Shown in pieces: positions 12,996-25,282 of a stretch of DNA of 64,000 nt. Both the position numbers and the translations under genes were made by a program. Positions within the stretch are counted from its first letter, which is position 1, and each line of letters opens with the position of its first letter. The notes beneath the pieces are model-generated. The model made no database searches, was not told the origin of the DNA, and worked only from the letters and a program-made list of their open reading frames with translations. Source of the stretch: Guillardia theta CCMP2712 (lineage: Eukaryota; Protista; Cryptophyta); assembly GCF_000315625.1 (NCBI RefSeq), contig NW_005434669.1, forward strand, positions 531,238 to 595,237. The letters are read 5' to 3'.

Positions 12996-14255
12996 ATGGA
13001 GAAGAGATCAGCCAAGCGTCCTTGCCATCCTCTGCGGATTGCTACTTCCAAATCCAGCGTGCCAGATGTAGACTTGAGCGATCTGATCGAGCATGATAGT
13101 CTGGTCAAATTGATAACACCCTCTGACAGGATCTTGTTGTTCCTTCGGGTAAGGAGCCAGAATGTACCTCATCGCTATGTTCTGAAGTTCTCTCTACAGG
13201 TATCCAGGAGGACTCGTCAAGCTTTTCTTGGATACTTACAATCCTCGTGCATTCCCTTCGAGATACGTTTAGTACTTACTTCAAACAAGTCTCGTTTCAA
13301 TGCTGCATCCATTAATCTTTCGTTGTTCAAAGCTTCGAACTTGTACATTCACGTGTCCAGACTCTTTCAATGCCAGCCTCTTCTCCGTGCTATCTCTCAA
13401 CTGCCAGATGGATACTTCAACTCAGAGAACAGAATCATTCTCTCGCAAAATATGTCGGAAGTGCATGTCAATCAGAACGATTATCAGATAATCTCAAATG
13501 TTTTGTTCCTTGAAAGCAGCAAATCGGATATTTCGCATCGATATTGTTTGGATGTCTTAAATCAGCTCATCTGCCTGAATCCTTCCTTCAGACGTTTGTA
13601 TTGTGAATGTGGAGGCCTGGATCAGATCATTCATTTCGTTCACCACATGAATTATCTTCCCAAAGTCCGAGAGCAGTTTATACAAAACATTACTATTATA
13701 CACAAAACGACAAGAAAATCACGAGTATCTACACTGCCCTGGTTGAGTGTGGTTTTTTACTTGACCAATTTGATGCACATGCATATTGATTCCTCCCTGG
13801 TTGTACAGAGCTTGGAAGTGATCTGTGAAATATTGAACGATCAGGCCATTCAGATTCCACAGTTCAGAGACATGATTTCGAAAATGACGATATATTGTAT
13901 GCACGAATTTGCTGAAGACCCTCAAGTTCAATTTTATTCTTTCAAGTTAATTGGAATTATGGTAGGTAACCTCGCCCTTTGCGGTGTTGCAGACGTTTCA
14001 AAATCGCTACGCTCGGACAAGGCGGTTGCAGTATTGATTGATTCTTTATTATTTGTACAGAACGATAATGTCACGCTTCGACATGCATTCGACGCAATAT
14101 GGGAATTGGTGAAGGACAATCGCTTCAAAGAAAAGTTGGTCGCATCAGACTCGTTGCTGCGGGCAAGGAGGGTCATTTCAACTCCCTCCTGCGTTTCATC
14201 GATAGAAAAAGTAAGAAAGCTTTTGCTCTACTCACTGGGACCCTTGATTTCTTAA
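12996..14255 (+). CDS. Hypothetical protein: F-box-like N-terminus plus ARM/HEAT-like helical repeats
   Basis: 419-codon ORF. A probable in-frame 51-nt intron (13149-13199, GTAAGG..CTACAG) gives PSDRILLFLR|VSRRTRQAF. C-terminus has ARM-like segments (GGLDQIIHFV, EDPQVQFYSFKLI, AFDAIWELV). Confidence 0.6.
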   Translation: MEKRSAKRPCHPLRIATSKSSVPDVDLSDLIEHDSLVKLITPSDRILLFLRVRSQNVPHRYVLKFSLQVSRRTRQAFLGYLQSSCIPFEIRLVLTSNKSRFNAASINLSLFKASNLYIHVSRLFQCQPLLRAISQLPDGYFNSENRIILSQNMSEVHVNQNDYQIISNVLFLESSKSDISHRYCLDVLNQLICLNPSFRRLYCECGGLDQIIHFVHHMNYLPKVREQFIQNITIIHKTTRKSRVSTLPWLSVVFYLTNLMHMHIDSSLVVQSLEVICEILNDQAIQIPQFRDMISKMTIYCMHEFAEDPQVQFYSFKLIGIMVGNLALCGVADVSKSLRSDKAVAVLIDSLLFVQNDNVTLRHAFDAIWELVKDNRFKEKLVASDSLLRARRVISTPSCVSSIEKVRKLLLYSLGPLIS

Positions 14256-14337
14256 AGCTGATGTAACATACTGAATATTCGCGACATTGAATCAGATACA
14301 ACGATGCGATATACATTTGATTTGTACTTTATCTATT

Positions 14338-16918
14338 TTAATTCAACAAATGAGCAGTTTTTTCAATATCATTAGCCTGTACATTGAATACCTGGAAAAA
14401 CCCAAGTATTTTAGTATGATTCTTGTTGGATAGTAATGCTTCCTTAACCGTCTTGAATGGTAGAACGAAGTCGTCATTCCTCACGCGCCTCCTGAATGTA
14501 GCGTTCATTGATGGTAACTGCAGTAGATAGCATGGGGTACCTTTTACGCTTAGTTAGCTTCTTTCTTTCTTGACGAGCCTGTACGCATAGTCGACATGCA
14601 AGAAACATGACATGGTTGTAATGATACTCTTGAAATCTTTGCGATCGTCGAATTGCTCCTAGCGAACAAGACCAGCTGTTCTCGGAATAGCTGATCGACC
14701 GTAAAATTTAGAGAAATACCCAGAGCAAGTGAGCAAGAGTATAAGTAGACCGAGTAGTGATAATGGTGTGACGTTTCTGTCCTCATGATCTCCCGGAGGG
14801 CCATGGTTGCGTAGCATCCCGCAGGAAGCGTGAAGCTCAAGACCAATGCAGTAAAATCTCCTTCGCCGCCATTCCTGCAGTTCCATGGGTCATTCATGAA
14901 TGCGCGTAAGCAGAGGATTAACAGACATCAAGTCTTCACTCAAACCCCGAAACACAGCATCGTCAACGCTATTGAAAGAGAATCAGATGAGGCTGGAAAA
15001 CGATCCGATCGTTGCTCACCTCGAGTAGCGCCTGACTGAGGACCTCATACGCTGAGGACGAACCACGACGTGTCTGAACTTACAGACCTCAGTGAATGTC
15101 TTGCTGCGAGTTGCTTTGCTGGGCCTTGTTTGCATCTCATCTTCACAGTCTTCTTGATCTACAGACACGCAACAGCCGTCCACATCCTCTATCTCGACCA
15201 CTTTCATGGTATGCATTATATTCTCGACCTTATCTCTGTATCAATCATATCTGAGGCAAGCTCATGCATATATTACCTTCATACGCTTCTTCAGCCACTT
15301 TCCCATGCGGTTTCTAGGCAATACAACTCGTCTGCCCTCTGCAAACATTGGCAAGACGACATCCAAGATGGAATAAGTTCTATTTTTAGCATCTTGCTCG
15401 GACACTATCTTGATCTTCTGCATCTTTTTCCCTTTTTGTCCTCCGCCGATAGTTTCCAAGAGGATTATGTCACCTTCCACTGCTTGTTTGCTTCCATAAC
15501 GCTTGATCCTTTTGAATTACAATTTACCATCAAGATAGCTTCGAATTCCTCTTCTCACCGATATGAGCATGCTTCATTCCATAACCCAGAAAGGTATGAC
15601 TGTACGAACAGACTTTTGAAAGGAATAGCAGAAACAGCAGCCCTGCAAAAGATGTGTAAATTCCTTCCAACACACATCAGAACATCAAAAGGTACTGAAG
15701 AGGATTCCCCTGCAACCTTGCCTCCAAAAATTGCTTCTCCGCTTGATTCATGCTCTCAGATACAAGATGCCATAGAAAACCAGCACCTATGCAGTATGAT
15801 GGCAGCAAATGCATGACTTCCTCTAGAGAACCATTTTTCTCGTAGAGTTCTTTTGCTTCTATCTGCCCTCAACTTCAGTACCATCCAGCGTTCACACTTG
15901 AGGCACACTTCTTGCTTGTTTGTGGACAAACGCGTACTCATAATACTCTGAACGAACGCTGAGTGGTTCATCAACAATAGGTGTCGTCCGGCCTCAAGAG
16001 ACGGAATAGATCCCCCCCCAAATCTCTGGTTTGATTACGAGTAATGAGCAATGAACTCAACTAGACATTTCAGACCTGCATACCGAAGTAGTTCAGAAAG
16101 CCTCCCTTTCTGAGCCTTCGGACTGATCGATGCATCGTCTTGTGGTCCAGAGTGACATTTCGTAAGACGACTACAAATCTGTTTCCGTAAAGTTCTCCAC
16201 TGTGCAACGGTCGGCTGCAATTTTCGACCTCGCTGATCCAAATCTTGCCATTCTTCACCTTGTATTCGGAAGACACAAGATCTCGGAAACGATGGGAGTA
16301 ATGGGACATCAAAGTAACTTCTTGCAAGGTGATGCCATACTTGTCTTTGATGCCTGCAAATCTGAATGAAGTGTATGGGATGTTTGCCATCCTTGCAATT
16401 ATCCTGATAGCACTGATGGTGTCCAGCCCCATCTTGCACAGCGTGAACTTCAGCCATTTCTGCCTTGCTGCTGCTTTTCCCTCTTTCATGTCCTCTGCCT
16501 TGACCTGATCGTCTGCAGGAAGGTTGACGACCCTCTGATCATCTATTCGCACCTCCTGCACCACAAAGTCTGACCAGGTTCCCTTGAGAACGCCATGAAT
16601 GCCCTGCGTCCTCTTCTTCATATACTGTGATATACCGACATCCTCTTCGGAATACTTGGGTGTCCAAGACAACTGTCCTGTCGCTGCGAATCCAATCTTG
16701 TCGTTCCAGGTCGAGTGCGCTTCTCGCAGAACATACGCCATGGTCGCATTGCAGGTCCGCTTTCCGCTCTTGGCCAAGAGGATCCGGCGACCATCGACGT
16801 CGATGGTCCTCTGCAATGCCTGAGGCTTCTGATGTGAGGCCCCGCCATTGCCTGTAACGCTAGAGCAGCAGAGCAGCAGCAGCAGCAGCAGCGTCCGCCT
16901 CCCCCCGCTCATTGGCAT
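14338..16918 (-). CDS. PUS7: TruD/PUS7-family pseudouridine synthase with N-terminal signal peptide, multi-exon
   Basis: GVLKGTWSDFVVQEV, FTLCKMGLDT, FAGIKDKYGITLQ (catalytic Asp), LHSGELYGNRFVVVLR, GFLNYFGMQ|RF, YSILDVVLP, FTLPAGCYATMALREIM. The 3' end is approximate. Confidence 0.92.
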
Positions 16919-16966
16919 TGCCAACGAGGAGCAGAACGAGGAGGCGCAACTCAAAGGAAATGTTCC

Positions 16967-18626
16967 ATGTTGGCCGCTAGGGTTGGCGGGGCTTGGGCGG
17001 GGGCTATGACGGGAGCGATCAAGCTGGGGGCAGCATGGCTGAGCGATGGAGGTCGAGGGAGGTGGCAAGGTAGCCGAGCCTGCAGCAGTGCTGGGGATGA
17101 GGCCAGAAGCTTCAAGAGCGGCATTGTCTTGACCTCAGATCGACGCGTTCGCTTAGACGCTTTCCTCCTTGAGAAGGTGCGTTGAGCCTTGACCGACTTG
17201 AGCGCGTGTGTCCTTGATGTCTGATCTTCATTTCGTTCTGGTGCTGCTCGTGGTCTGTTGTCTTACCTCTGTGAGGTGGACATGCTCGTAGCCGTGTTGC
17301 ATGCTTCATGGTTGACCTCTGCTCGCAGTGTCCCGCGATATCCAAGTCGCTAGTGCACAAGCTGGTTCGGACGAGAAAGATTCGAGTGCACAGAGAGGGC
17401 GAGTGGAAGCGAACGTCAGATCCAGCGTTAAGGCTCGAAGAAGGACAGCAAATTCATGTCTACAGTCAATCGTATGCGGATAGCATTGCACTATCGAAGG
17501 ATGAGAATGATAACAAGAACCTTATTATGACTGAAGCAGAGATGCAAAGGCTAAGGAGCTGCGTCATCTATCAAGACGATCGCTGCATCATCGTCAACAA
17601 ACCAGCAGGATTATCTGTGCAGGGGGGGACGGGAACGCGACGGCACTTAGATGGCTTGCTGCACTGCCTGGTTGATGATGATGCCGAGAGGTGAAACCTC
17701 ATCGGACGTCTCTGTGGAGTGAGAGTCCTTGCCAGACCGAAACTTGTCCATCGGCTTGACCGGGATACCAGTGGATGTCTCGCCCTCGGCCGCAGCAAGA
17801 AGTGAGCCATGCTCGTGTGCTTGGTTCCGCTGACCGTGCTGTCAGAGACGCCTCTGTTCTTGCGACAATGTTTCGGCAAGGGGATGTTGACAAGTCGTAC
17901 ATAGCTCTCATTGGGGGGATCCCTGAGAAGGTTGTCTTGGAAGCATTGCTCGCACTCAAGTATTTCTGATCCGCGATCTCATGAGCAGAGGGAGGGCAAG
18001 CTTTACTCTCATCTCAGGAAGTTTGGAAACGCACAAGGTACTTGCACGTGTCTCTCTTCACCAACATGGCGGCTAAAGTACCTCTCTGAAAGGACTGGAT
18101 ATAAAGATGAGATGCGTCTCTGAGGATGATGAAGGGGGGAAGGAGTCTACAACCATTTATCAAGTTTTGGCAACCAAGCAAACAGGAACAGGATCTGCGG
18201 CATCGCTTGTGATGCTCAAGCCTCTGCAAGGGCGGACACATCAGGTACGAGAAGTCTCTTTAGCTTCACTTCCTTGTCAAATCTGTTGTTCTTGACAGCT
18301 GCGCGTGCATTGTGCTGAGATTCTCGGCCTTCACATCATTGGTGACAAGAAATATGGCATTTCCCCAGCCGAGGAGGTAAACCGCTCGTGTACGTGCGCG
18401 TCTTACCCCTACCAAGGAAAAAGGCCTGCAATTATGCTTGCATGCTCTGCACCTTCGCCTCCGATGGACAGACAGGGAGGTCAGATGTGTCGCTCCAATC
18501 CCCCAGCACTTCCAAACTGCTGCGCTAAAGTTTGGCTTTGCACAAGAGACTTTGACGGACATCGAGATGCAGCTGATGAAGAATGCGAGCTGCTCGTCTA
18601 CATCAGTGTGGCGATCGGACCTTTGA
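16967..18626 (+). CDS. RluA-family (RluC/D-like) pseudouridine synthase with S4 domain, multi-exon
   Basis: RLDAFL (S4), IVNKPAGLSVQGG, LVHRLDRDTSG, KSYIALI, GRTHQ|LRVH, IIGDKKYG, LHALHLR. Confidence 0.92.
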
Positions 18627-18980
18627 GTGCAGGCGCGGTCCGGCGTTGATCACCTGGCCCAGTGGCGATACTATGTTATTCGCCGGCCCAGCCGCCTCGG
18701 TGACCGTGACCTTTTGTCACGATGACCGATCTTGGAAACTCAGTGACTCCCGGTGAACTTGCCTTCGGCCCTTCACTCAGTGAACTTCGGAAGTAAAGGA
18801 TTCTGAAGAATTCTAGTGACTGCGGCATGCAAATCACCGTACCGTCGGTCGGGCCGGACTCCCGGCGACTGTACCGGCATAGTACTCGGTCCGACGGTCA
18901 CCGGGTCAGGTCACAGACTCACCCCGACAGTGCGGCGCCCGGGCCTCAGGGTTCTATACGTTACGAACGTTACGACGGCT
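18627..18980. other. GC-rich intergenic motif cluster (type 1)
   Basis: GGTGACCGTGACC, ACTCAGTGACTCCCGG, CACTCAGTGAACTT, GACGGTCACCGGGTCAGGTCACAGACTCACC. Confidence 0.45.
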
Positions 18981-19300
18981 CTTCGTTAGCATGGAAGCTT
19001 GCATGGACAGAGAAGGTGGAGAGTAGTGCGTAGGGAAATGAGAAGAGAAATGTGAGAAGAAGGGATGAATCAATGAGCTTGGGTGTTGTAATAGAAGTCC
19101 GTGTAGCCCGAATTTGAGCAATACAAGAAAGATTCAGGATCAATATGAAGGAGAAGAGTGAGGGAGAACAGAAATTTAAGATACAACGAGGATGTAAATC
19201 GTTGCATTCTTCGTGTTTAGTTTTTTATGTTGACGGTTTGATGGTGATGTCTGACTATCAAATCTTTAGGTATCATCGGCCATTGCCTTCAGTTGTTCCA

Positions 19301-21333
19301 ATGGAGGCAAGCAGCCAGAATTACGGTTCATTACCCCGAGGTAGTGAATCAGAGTTCAGAGGAAGAAATGAGAAAAGAGCCAAGGTGCTGCCTGCCCTCA
19401 TCTTGACTTGCTCACTGGCTGTTTGCGTCTTAATTTATATCTCATACACTCAACCGCCGAGTACTCGAAGCGATGCGCTGGTGTCATCGACTAAGCGTGG
19501 CAAGAATCAGCTTTCAGCAATTTCCGGATTGAAATTGGGCAGCCAAGCGCTGGCTCAGAAATTCGCAAGGCAGTGTCCTTGCGCTATTGCTGGCGATACC
19601 TTTTTATCTTCCCAGATCCTTGCAGAATGCCCTTGCGCATCAGCAATCGCAGCAGCAGTGTCAAGAGCTTTGGACAACGCCCTCAGCAAAAGCAGCGCCA
19701 ACAACTATGCTTATGCTAGGTCATCTCCTGGTGTCATTCCTCAGCCACTGGAGGTGGATGTTGCAAACCCAGCATACCCACCGAATCCCTCTCCTATCCC
19801 TATTCCTCAACAGCCCGCAGAAGAGCCTGAGGAGAGGGAGGACCCAACCCCCGCTGAAGCAGCTGCGGGCAAGGATGCGACCTATCAGAGCGTGATGGCA
19901 ACTCTTACCCGGGACGTGGTGGCGGATTCGAACATGATTCGCGATTTGCAGTCTGAACAACAAATCCTCTTGTCACAGCAGAACTCTCTTGCCAACCAAG
20001 TTGACACCTTCCAAGCCATTCCAGGCCCCGTTGGCCCTCCGGGTCCTCAAGGACCGATGGGGCCTGCAGGTCCTGTTGGTCCGATCGGTTTCACAGGGCC
20101 ACGAGGGTTTCGCGGTCCACCAGGAATACCCGCTGTGGGTAGACCTGGACCTCCTGGACCACCAGGCTCATCAGGTGTGCAGCCTTGCTTGTGTAGTCAG
20201 CGAGTTCACTCCATGATGCCAGCAGAAGGAGGCAATGAGGAGGAATCGAAGAGCGAAGGGGGAGACGAAGAAAAAGCTGTGGAGGGGGAGAAAGGTGATC
20301 CGTGTGTTTCTGTTACCTTTTGTTCTGATGTTCACTTTTGAATTGCAGGCTCCCCAGAGACTCAATCATCAAGCTCAGACTCATCATCCCCTCCCCCTCC
20401 CCCTCCCCCCTCCTCCTCCCCCTCCCCCTCCCCCTTCGTCACCTTTAACATCTCAGTCACTAGAGCAGCCCCCTTCAGGTTTGTCGGCTTTCCTCCGTGG
20501 GAAAACAACAGCTATTTTGACACTTTATTCGTAGATGCAAACATTTTGGGCAGTGACGGCAAGAGTTTGCTAAATATTCGTTGCGCGGACTGGAGAAACC
20601 AACGTGGAAGTTTTGCTCCCGGCAAACAAAAGGAATACTATGCCAAGTGCATGAGTCAAGTAAGCATTCGAACTTTGTGGTTGCTAATAATCTGATGCAC
20701 AATTATAGGATTGTGTACAAAGTTTGGAATCCGGTCAAGAAACACCTGGATGCAGATTTCTTGATGCAAACGGTTTTTGCTATGCATACAGCTCTGCACA
20801 GGTAGCCACTTTGTTTTTTCCTTCTCGAGTTTGAGACATGCCTTATCTCGAAGATGTGGTGCTCTAAGAATGTTGGAAACTCCTACTGCAATGATGGAGG
20901 TGAAAATTGGGCACAAAAGCCCTTGGGTAGCGTGGACTCAGTGGCAGAGGTAGATGTCTTGATAACAGTCTGTCGATGGGTTGAATTACTTGTAGACAAA
21001 CTGGACGCCACATTCCAATGTCAAGGTATATGACGGAGATACACCGACGGGGGAGACATACAACTGTCAATGCATGAAGCGTTGTTCGTGCACTTCAAGC
21101 AAGGTAGACCTCGTTTTACTTTGCATCGCGGCTGACTAGATTTCAGTGCTATTGTGTGGATCCCAATCAAGCTCCGGTTGGCAAAGGATCGGAATACGAC
21201 AAGCTAATTGCAAAGAAGGTATCAAATCGTTTTTTAATCCTCGAAATTATCTGATCTTGGCTATCTCCAGATTGCTGAGGACTCCGAGAAGGGGTCATTT
21301 TGCTCTTGTTCTTGCGGAGGGACTCTGTCTTAA
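19301..21333 (+). CDS. Type II membrane protein: TM, coiled coil, collagen (Gly-X-Y) repeat, Pro-rich linker, Cys-rich C-terminal domain
   Basis: NYGSL N-terminus, [38 protein letters not shown]... Spliced 3' exons read [35 protein letters not shown]|CYC and FCSCSCGG*; TAA at 21331-21333. Confidence 0.75.
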
Positions 21334-22658
21334 ATTGCACTAGCTTCAAACATTGTGGTTTAATCATACAAAAATGAGTGTACACGGACAATGCGATGTT
21401 GACACTTCTAATTCCGGCATTTGTCATTCTTTCAAGGATTCGAACCTCGATTGGGCCCAACCCAAGAATAAAAAGGAAACAGTAGCACTTCCTTCAAACC
21501 TGCATGAGAAGCTCTTAGCGGGGTTGCACATGTTGTCAATCCACCAATTAATCATGTAACATGAGCTCAGAATTGCAGGACATCTTTCATCAAGGATATT
21601 CAGGCGAAAGATGGTGTGATATTTGTATCTTCACAGCTCTGGAAGGTATGGAAGGCACGGATGAAGATAGAGGATATTCAGAGTAGGGGTTGTGATATCT
21701 GGGCTCAGAAGCAGGAAGGATGGGGTATGGTGAGGCTCAAGTGAAGTAAATAGAGCTAAGGAGGAGCAAGGAATCCAGCCATGTCTCACCTCGCAATGTT
21801 TGCTTCCTCAATCGTCGCATGTACCGTGGTACATCACTGACGGCAAGACGGCACGTGCGAGTGTGCTTCTAAGAAAAAAAGTTCCTGTCGACTCCCTACC
21901 TAAACCCTCCCGGCCCGGAGCCGGCGCCGCGGCCCGGTACTTTGAGTGAAAACTGATCCGGCGTGTAGGCATGATTTGTAACTCAATTGTTTTTTGTTAT
22001 TTTTTCAAATTTACTCCTACGAAATCAAACTCAATGATTTCAGTGCCAAAGTGTGCCGTTGCGTCCTCCTGAAAACTGTGTCATCAGCGAAGAAATGAAA
22101 TTGTCCTCTCATATTCCAAATTGAACAAAGAGATTTGATGAATCCCTTCCTGTCCAGCAAAGGAGAGGGGGTGGCTCCCCCCCACAAAATTGGATTAATT
22201 GGTCATTAAAATTTAGTTAGTTTACTTGAGTAATATAAATGTGATCTTCAGAAGTGAGGGGATGAGGGGAGCCCGACGCACGCGCTTTCCTCCATGCGGC
22301 GGCCAAAATGGGCGGCCGCAGGATATGAGTAGGATAGGAGACGGAGGGAGAGAAAATTGATAGGAAAAATGGATTTTGTCAAGCAAGTCATTCTCAGTTA
22401 CGATGTTAATGTCTAAACGAATAGAAACTTCATTTGCATTGGCAGCAGTTGAACATTCCTGGAAAGTAGTGGATGCTAGGATCATTGAAATGATTGGTCT
22501 TGACTCTTGGGTGAATGCCCTTTTACTCATTTTTTTTTATTGATTCGCGATGGTGGCCCATTTTGATTTCTTAACTTACTGCTTTTTTGCAAAGAATCAT
22601 ATCTTTGAAGGATCCAGACTGGCTCGAGGACGCTTGAAGTAGTGCAGTGAGCTTGGAA

Positions 22659-23653
22659 ATGTACCGCTTTGGGAGTGCAACTCTCCTTTTTTTGCTTGGC
22701 ATCTCTCAGACAGATGCTTATTCAAGTTTCTTCGGAGTTCTGAACGCAGGTTGCTCGATAGACACTATTTCTTTGTCACGCACTGAGGAAGTATTAGGTG
22801 GAAAGAAATGTGGGGCTATTTCCAGCATTCCCTCAAGATTTCCCTTGCGTTCTGCAGCCAAGATTCAGAACAGATGGACCTCCTCAACACAGATGCAGTC
22901 GAATGTTGCTGGAAGTGAAACAGGGGAAGTTTTGTCTTTCATCACAAGGTGCTTTGCAGCTTGCAAGGCTTACTCGTTCTGAACTGAGCTTCAGACCAAG
23001 GACTACCAATGCGAATTGGGGAGTATTTTTCGAGATCGCCACCAAGGACAGTCCTGTGTGGATCACAGGTCTCCATGCAGGCGGTCACTCCTTCGCTTCC
23101 TTCGACGACCTAACACGCCTGGACATCGGGGTCTACACCAAACAGGGAACTTGCGTTGGCTCGGAGACAGACAAAGCTCCTTGGAAAAGGATTGCGGAGG
23201 TTTGATTCTTGAAATTTTCCACGCGGTACCTGATTGTGTACAATCCAGCACAAAGATTTTACCTTGCCCAGAGTGGAAGTTGGTGATAGCCGAGCCCAGT
23301 ACACAAAGATTCCTCTCAACTCTGTGGTTCATATCCCAGCAAACACTGTACAGGTTTCAGCTCATCGCAGTCTGCTTTCCTTCATTAATAGTATGTTTCT
23401 CCAGGGATTCTGCTTGCACACGAATAAGAAGACTGGATTGGCTGTAAGGAGAAAGTTAAATGTTGACACTGAGGACTCGAAAGGGGATCCATATTTCGGC
23501 GAGTGGATCGATGGTGTCACTGATGAGAACGATCACTTCAAGATGATTGCTGGTCTGTGCCCCGGTGAGAAGCTGTTCGAGGACGTTTCTACTGCCAACA
23601 ACGCACGTGCTTTCGTTGGTGTGATAGAGTACTCTCTTTCTGAACCAAAGTAA
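22659..23653 (+). CDS. Hypothetical, probably plastid-targeted protein with a small beta-sandwich module
   Basis: Signal peptide MYRFGSATLLFLLGISQTDA-Y, Ser/Arg-rich transit region ending TQMQ, then GVFFEI..VWITGL, VYTKQG, IPL..V.IPA and RAFVGVIEY. Confidence 0.65.
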
Positions 23654-23820
23654 TTCTGATGAGGGAATGATACACGAGTTGATTACATTTCTCATAAGCT
23701 TCAAACACCATCAGAACTGGTGCACTTGGCTTGATTACATCTCTCGCGAACGACGTTGGATAGCTTGTGTTGACGATGAAGGTAGTATTTATCTTCATCG
23801 ATGACTCAAGTATCTCCGAT

Positions 23821-24729
23821 TTACACCACGATGGCATCCAGATCTTCTTCAACCTCTGCATCTGCCTCGTGAAGGATCTGAGATGACAGTCAACTTCGAA
23901 ACTTCCGATCTGAGCTCTTACTGAGGCCACGAAGTCGCTCCACATAACACCTTCTTCGCCTGGGGTCGCCATCTTCCTGAGACGAATGCTCATCTGTTTG
24001 GGCGTGACTTTGTCCTTGTTCGCAGAGATTTTAGCCCAAAACAAATCTAAAGCTTCCTGTATCCCAAATATCATCGAAAACATTAAGAAGTTCAAGATGT
24101 CAGCTCTCAACACTCACATCCTTCAGCTCAGCTTGACTTGCTGTCATGTAACCGGATGGACCCAAGGGCATTTCAAACTTCATCTCTCTGAGTCTTTCGT
24201 ACAAAGTGTCTCTGGTGATCGTGTTCTCGTCATTGAAGAGCTTGGACCACTTGGCAATATGCTCTCTTCCGTCTTCGAATCTGTTCTCGCTGCAAACAAA
24301 TCACAGGTTTACGGAATTTTCTGCCATGAAGCAAACCTGTAACATGGAATCCACTTGGGCCTCGCCGCTTGCATGATGTCAAAAGAATATCGCCACTCAC
24401 AGTCATCACATCCACTATGGCAGCATGCTCCTGCACTTCCATCCCCAAAAATCATCTTTTCTGCCAACCTTCCAAAAATCTTGACAAGCTCTACTTCTTC
24501 GACTTGACCTGTGGAACTGGACATGCGTACATTGCTTGTACTTTTCCCGAGCGAGAGGCACCGCAGCTGCGATCTGAAATAAGGGGTGGATGCTTTGGGC
24601 AACTGATTGCGGATTGCTGGTGACGGCGATAAGAAGGACTCGGAAAGTCTGCAAACACGATGAGGCAGATTCTTTCGGTAAAATTACACGGACCTGATGC
24701 ACAAGAAGAGTACAAGCAAGGAGGACCAT
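23821..24729 (-). CDS. Probable plastid protein with an oxidoreductase-like (OXLD-type) CCxSGCxxC motif
   Basis: Short hydrophobic leader, S/R-rich transit region ..NVRMSS, ACCHSGCDDCEWRY, RPKWIPCY. Last exon ILHEADAEVEEDLDAIVV*. Start is approximate. Confidence 0.6.
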
Positions 24730-25282
24730 CCAGAAAATGTCACCATAGCTGACAATGGATCTGAAAAAAAAAACTTTCAAAGACATGATACTGTAAAGAG
24801 ATCACGATTTAAGACTCCATCTCGACATTCAAACACTCGATACAATCAGCCATGAATACTGCAAAACCAGTCCTGTCTTTGGTCTGCGTCTTGTTCACAA
24901 CTTTCAAGACTATCGTAAAGAACCTTGTCACAAACATTGCCTTGCCACTGCTCCTGCCTCTTAACTTGTCTCCTGCCTGTCCCCCATCATTTGGTAGTTG
25001 CAGCCATTTAAGATTCGATATAGGTAGGAGGGGAAATGAACGCTCTGAGAGCTTCTGAGAAGAGGAGAGCATGAAAGGAGAGGAGGGAGCGGGGAGAGGA
25101 GGAGGAATGAAGGATAGACAGAGGGCGACGAGCTACAGCTTGGGAGTCAGTGCTCCATTGAATTCCACTTACATGTACACTGCAACGGTGGAGTAACGGT
25201 GAGTAGTATTTCGTGGGGATGAGGGGTCCTGAGGAAGGTGAGAATGGTGGGAACCGGGATCAAGAATGGAAGGAGCGCAGTG

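Noticed and set aside
12996-14255. Fanzor/TnpB or transposase
   Set aside because: No RuvC D-E-D pattern, zinc ribbon or DDE motif, and no terminal inverted repeats seen.
15070-15816. 248-aa plus-strand ORF
   Set aside because: Antisense to TruD/PUS7 coding exons.
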